Source: Stylophora pistillata
Lineage: Eukaryota
Direction: 5' to 3'
Length of the DNA: 64,000 nt
NCBI RefSeq assembly: GCF_002571385.2
Contig: NW_019218259.1
Location: 78,268 to 142,267, forward strand
Shown: positions 63,969 to 64,000 of the stretch, one piece after another
Layout: each line of letters starts with the position of its first letter
Position numbering within the stretch: the stretch's first letter is position 1
The notes under the pieces: model-generated
Databases searched by the model: none
What the model was told of the DNA's origin: nothing
The model's input: the letters and a program-made list of their open reading frames with translations, nothing else
Position numbers and translations under genes: made by a program

Positions 63969-64000
63969 GTTGAACGCATCTTTTATTTGGTGGCAAGTGT

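Overview
Eukaryotic, intron-rich and AT-rich animal genomic DNA with three assembly gaps. The repeat families look like those of stony corals, but that assignment is inference. The left ~27 kb is a stack of nested, mostly degenerate transposons: a DIRS retroelement broken by a LINE, the first two exons of a TRAF-like RING gene, an ~11-kb DNA transposon, an Academ/DUF6589-like transposase relic, a herpes-tegument-type deubiquitinase fragment and an IS630/Tc1 element with an unusual DD30E triad. The 11-kb element (6619-17587) is defined by ~68-bp terminal inverted repeats and an 8-bp TSD. It carries a degenerate SWIM/CxC (KDZ/Zisupton-like) gene, a possible second convergent gene and two inverted ~180-bp satellite arrays. 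The right ~37 kb holds four host genes reconstructed exon by exon: DAP3/MRPS29 (minus; U12-type intron; 3' end not visible), cactin (plus; head-to-head with DAP3), ODF3/SHIPPO-repeat (minus; RFX X-box cluster) and the 3' half of an ADAMTS-family gene (minus). Their introns contain MITEs with 6-bp TSDs, LINE fragments and a tRNA-SINE family with three different 3' tails. All calls are by eye; no database search was run.
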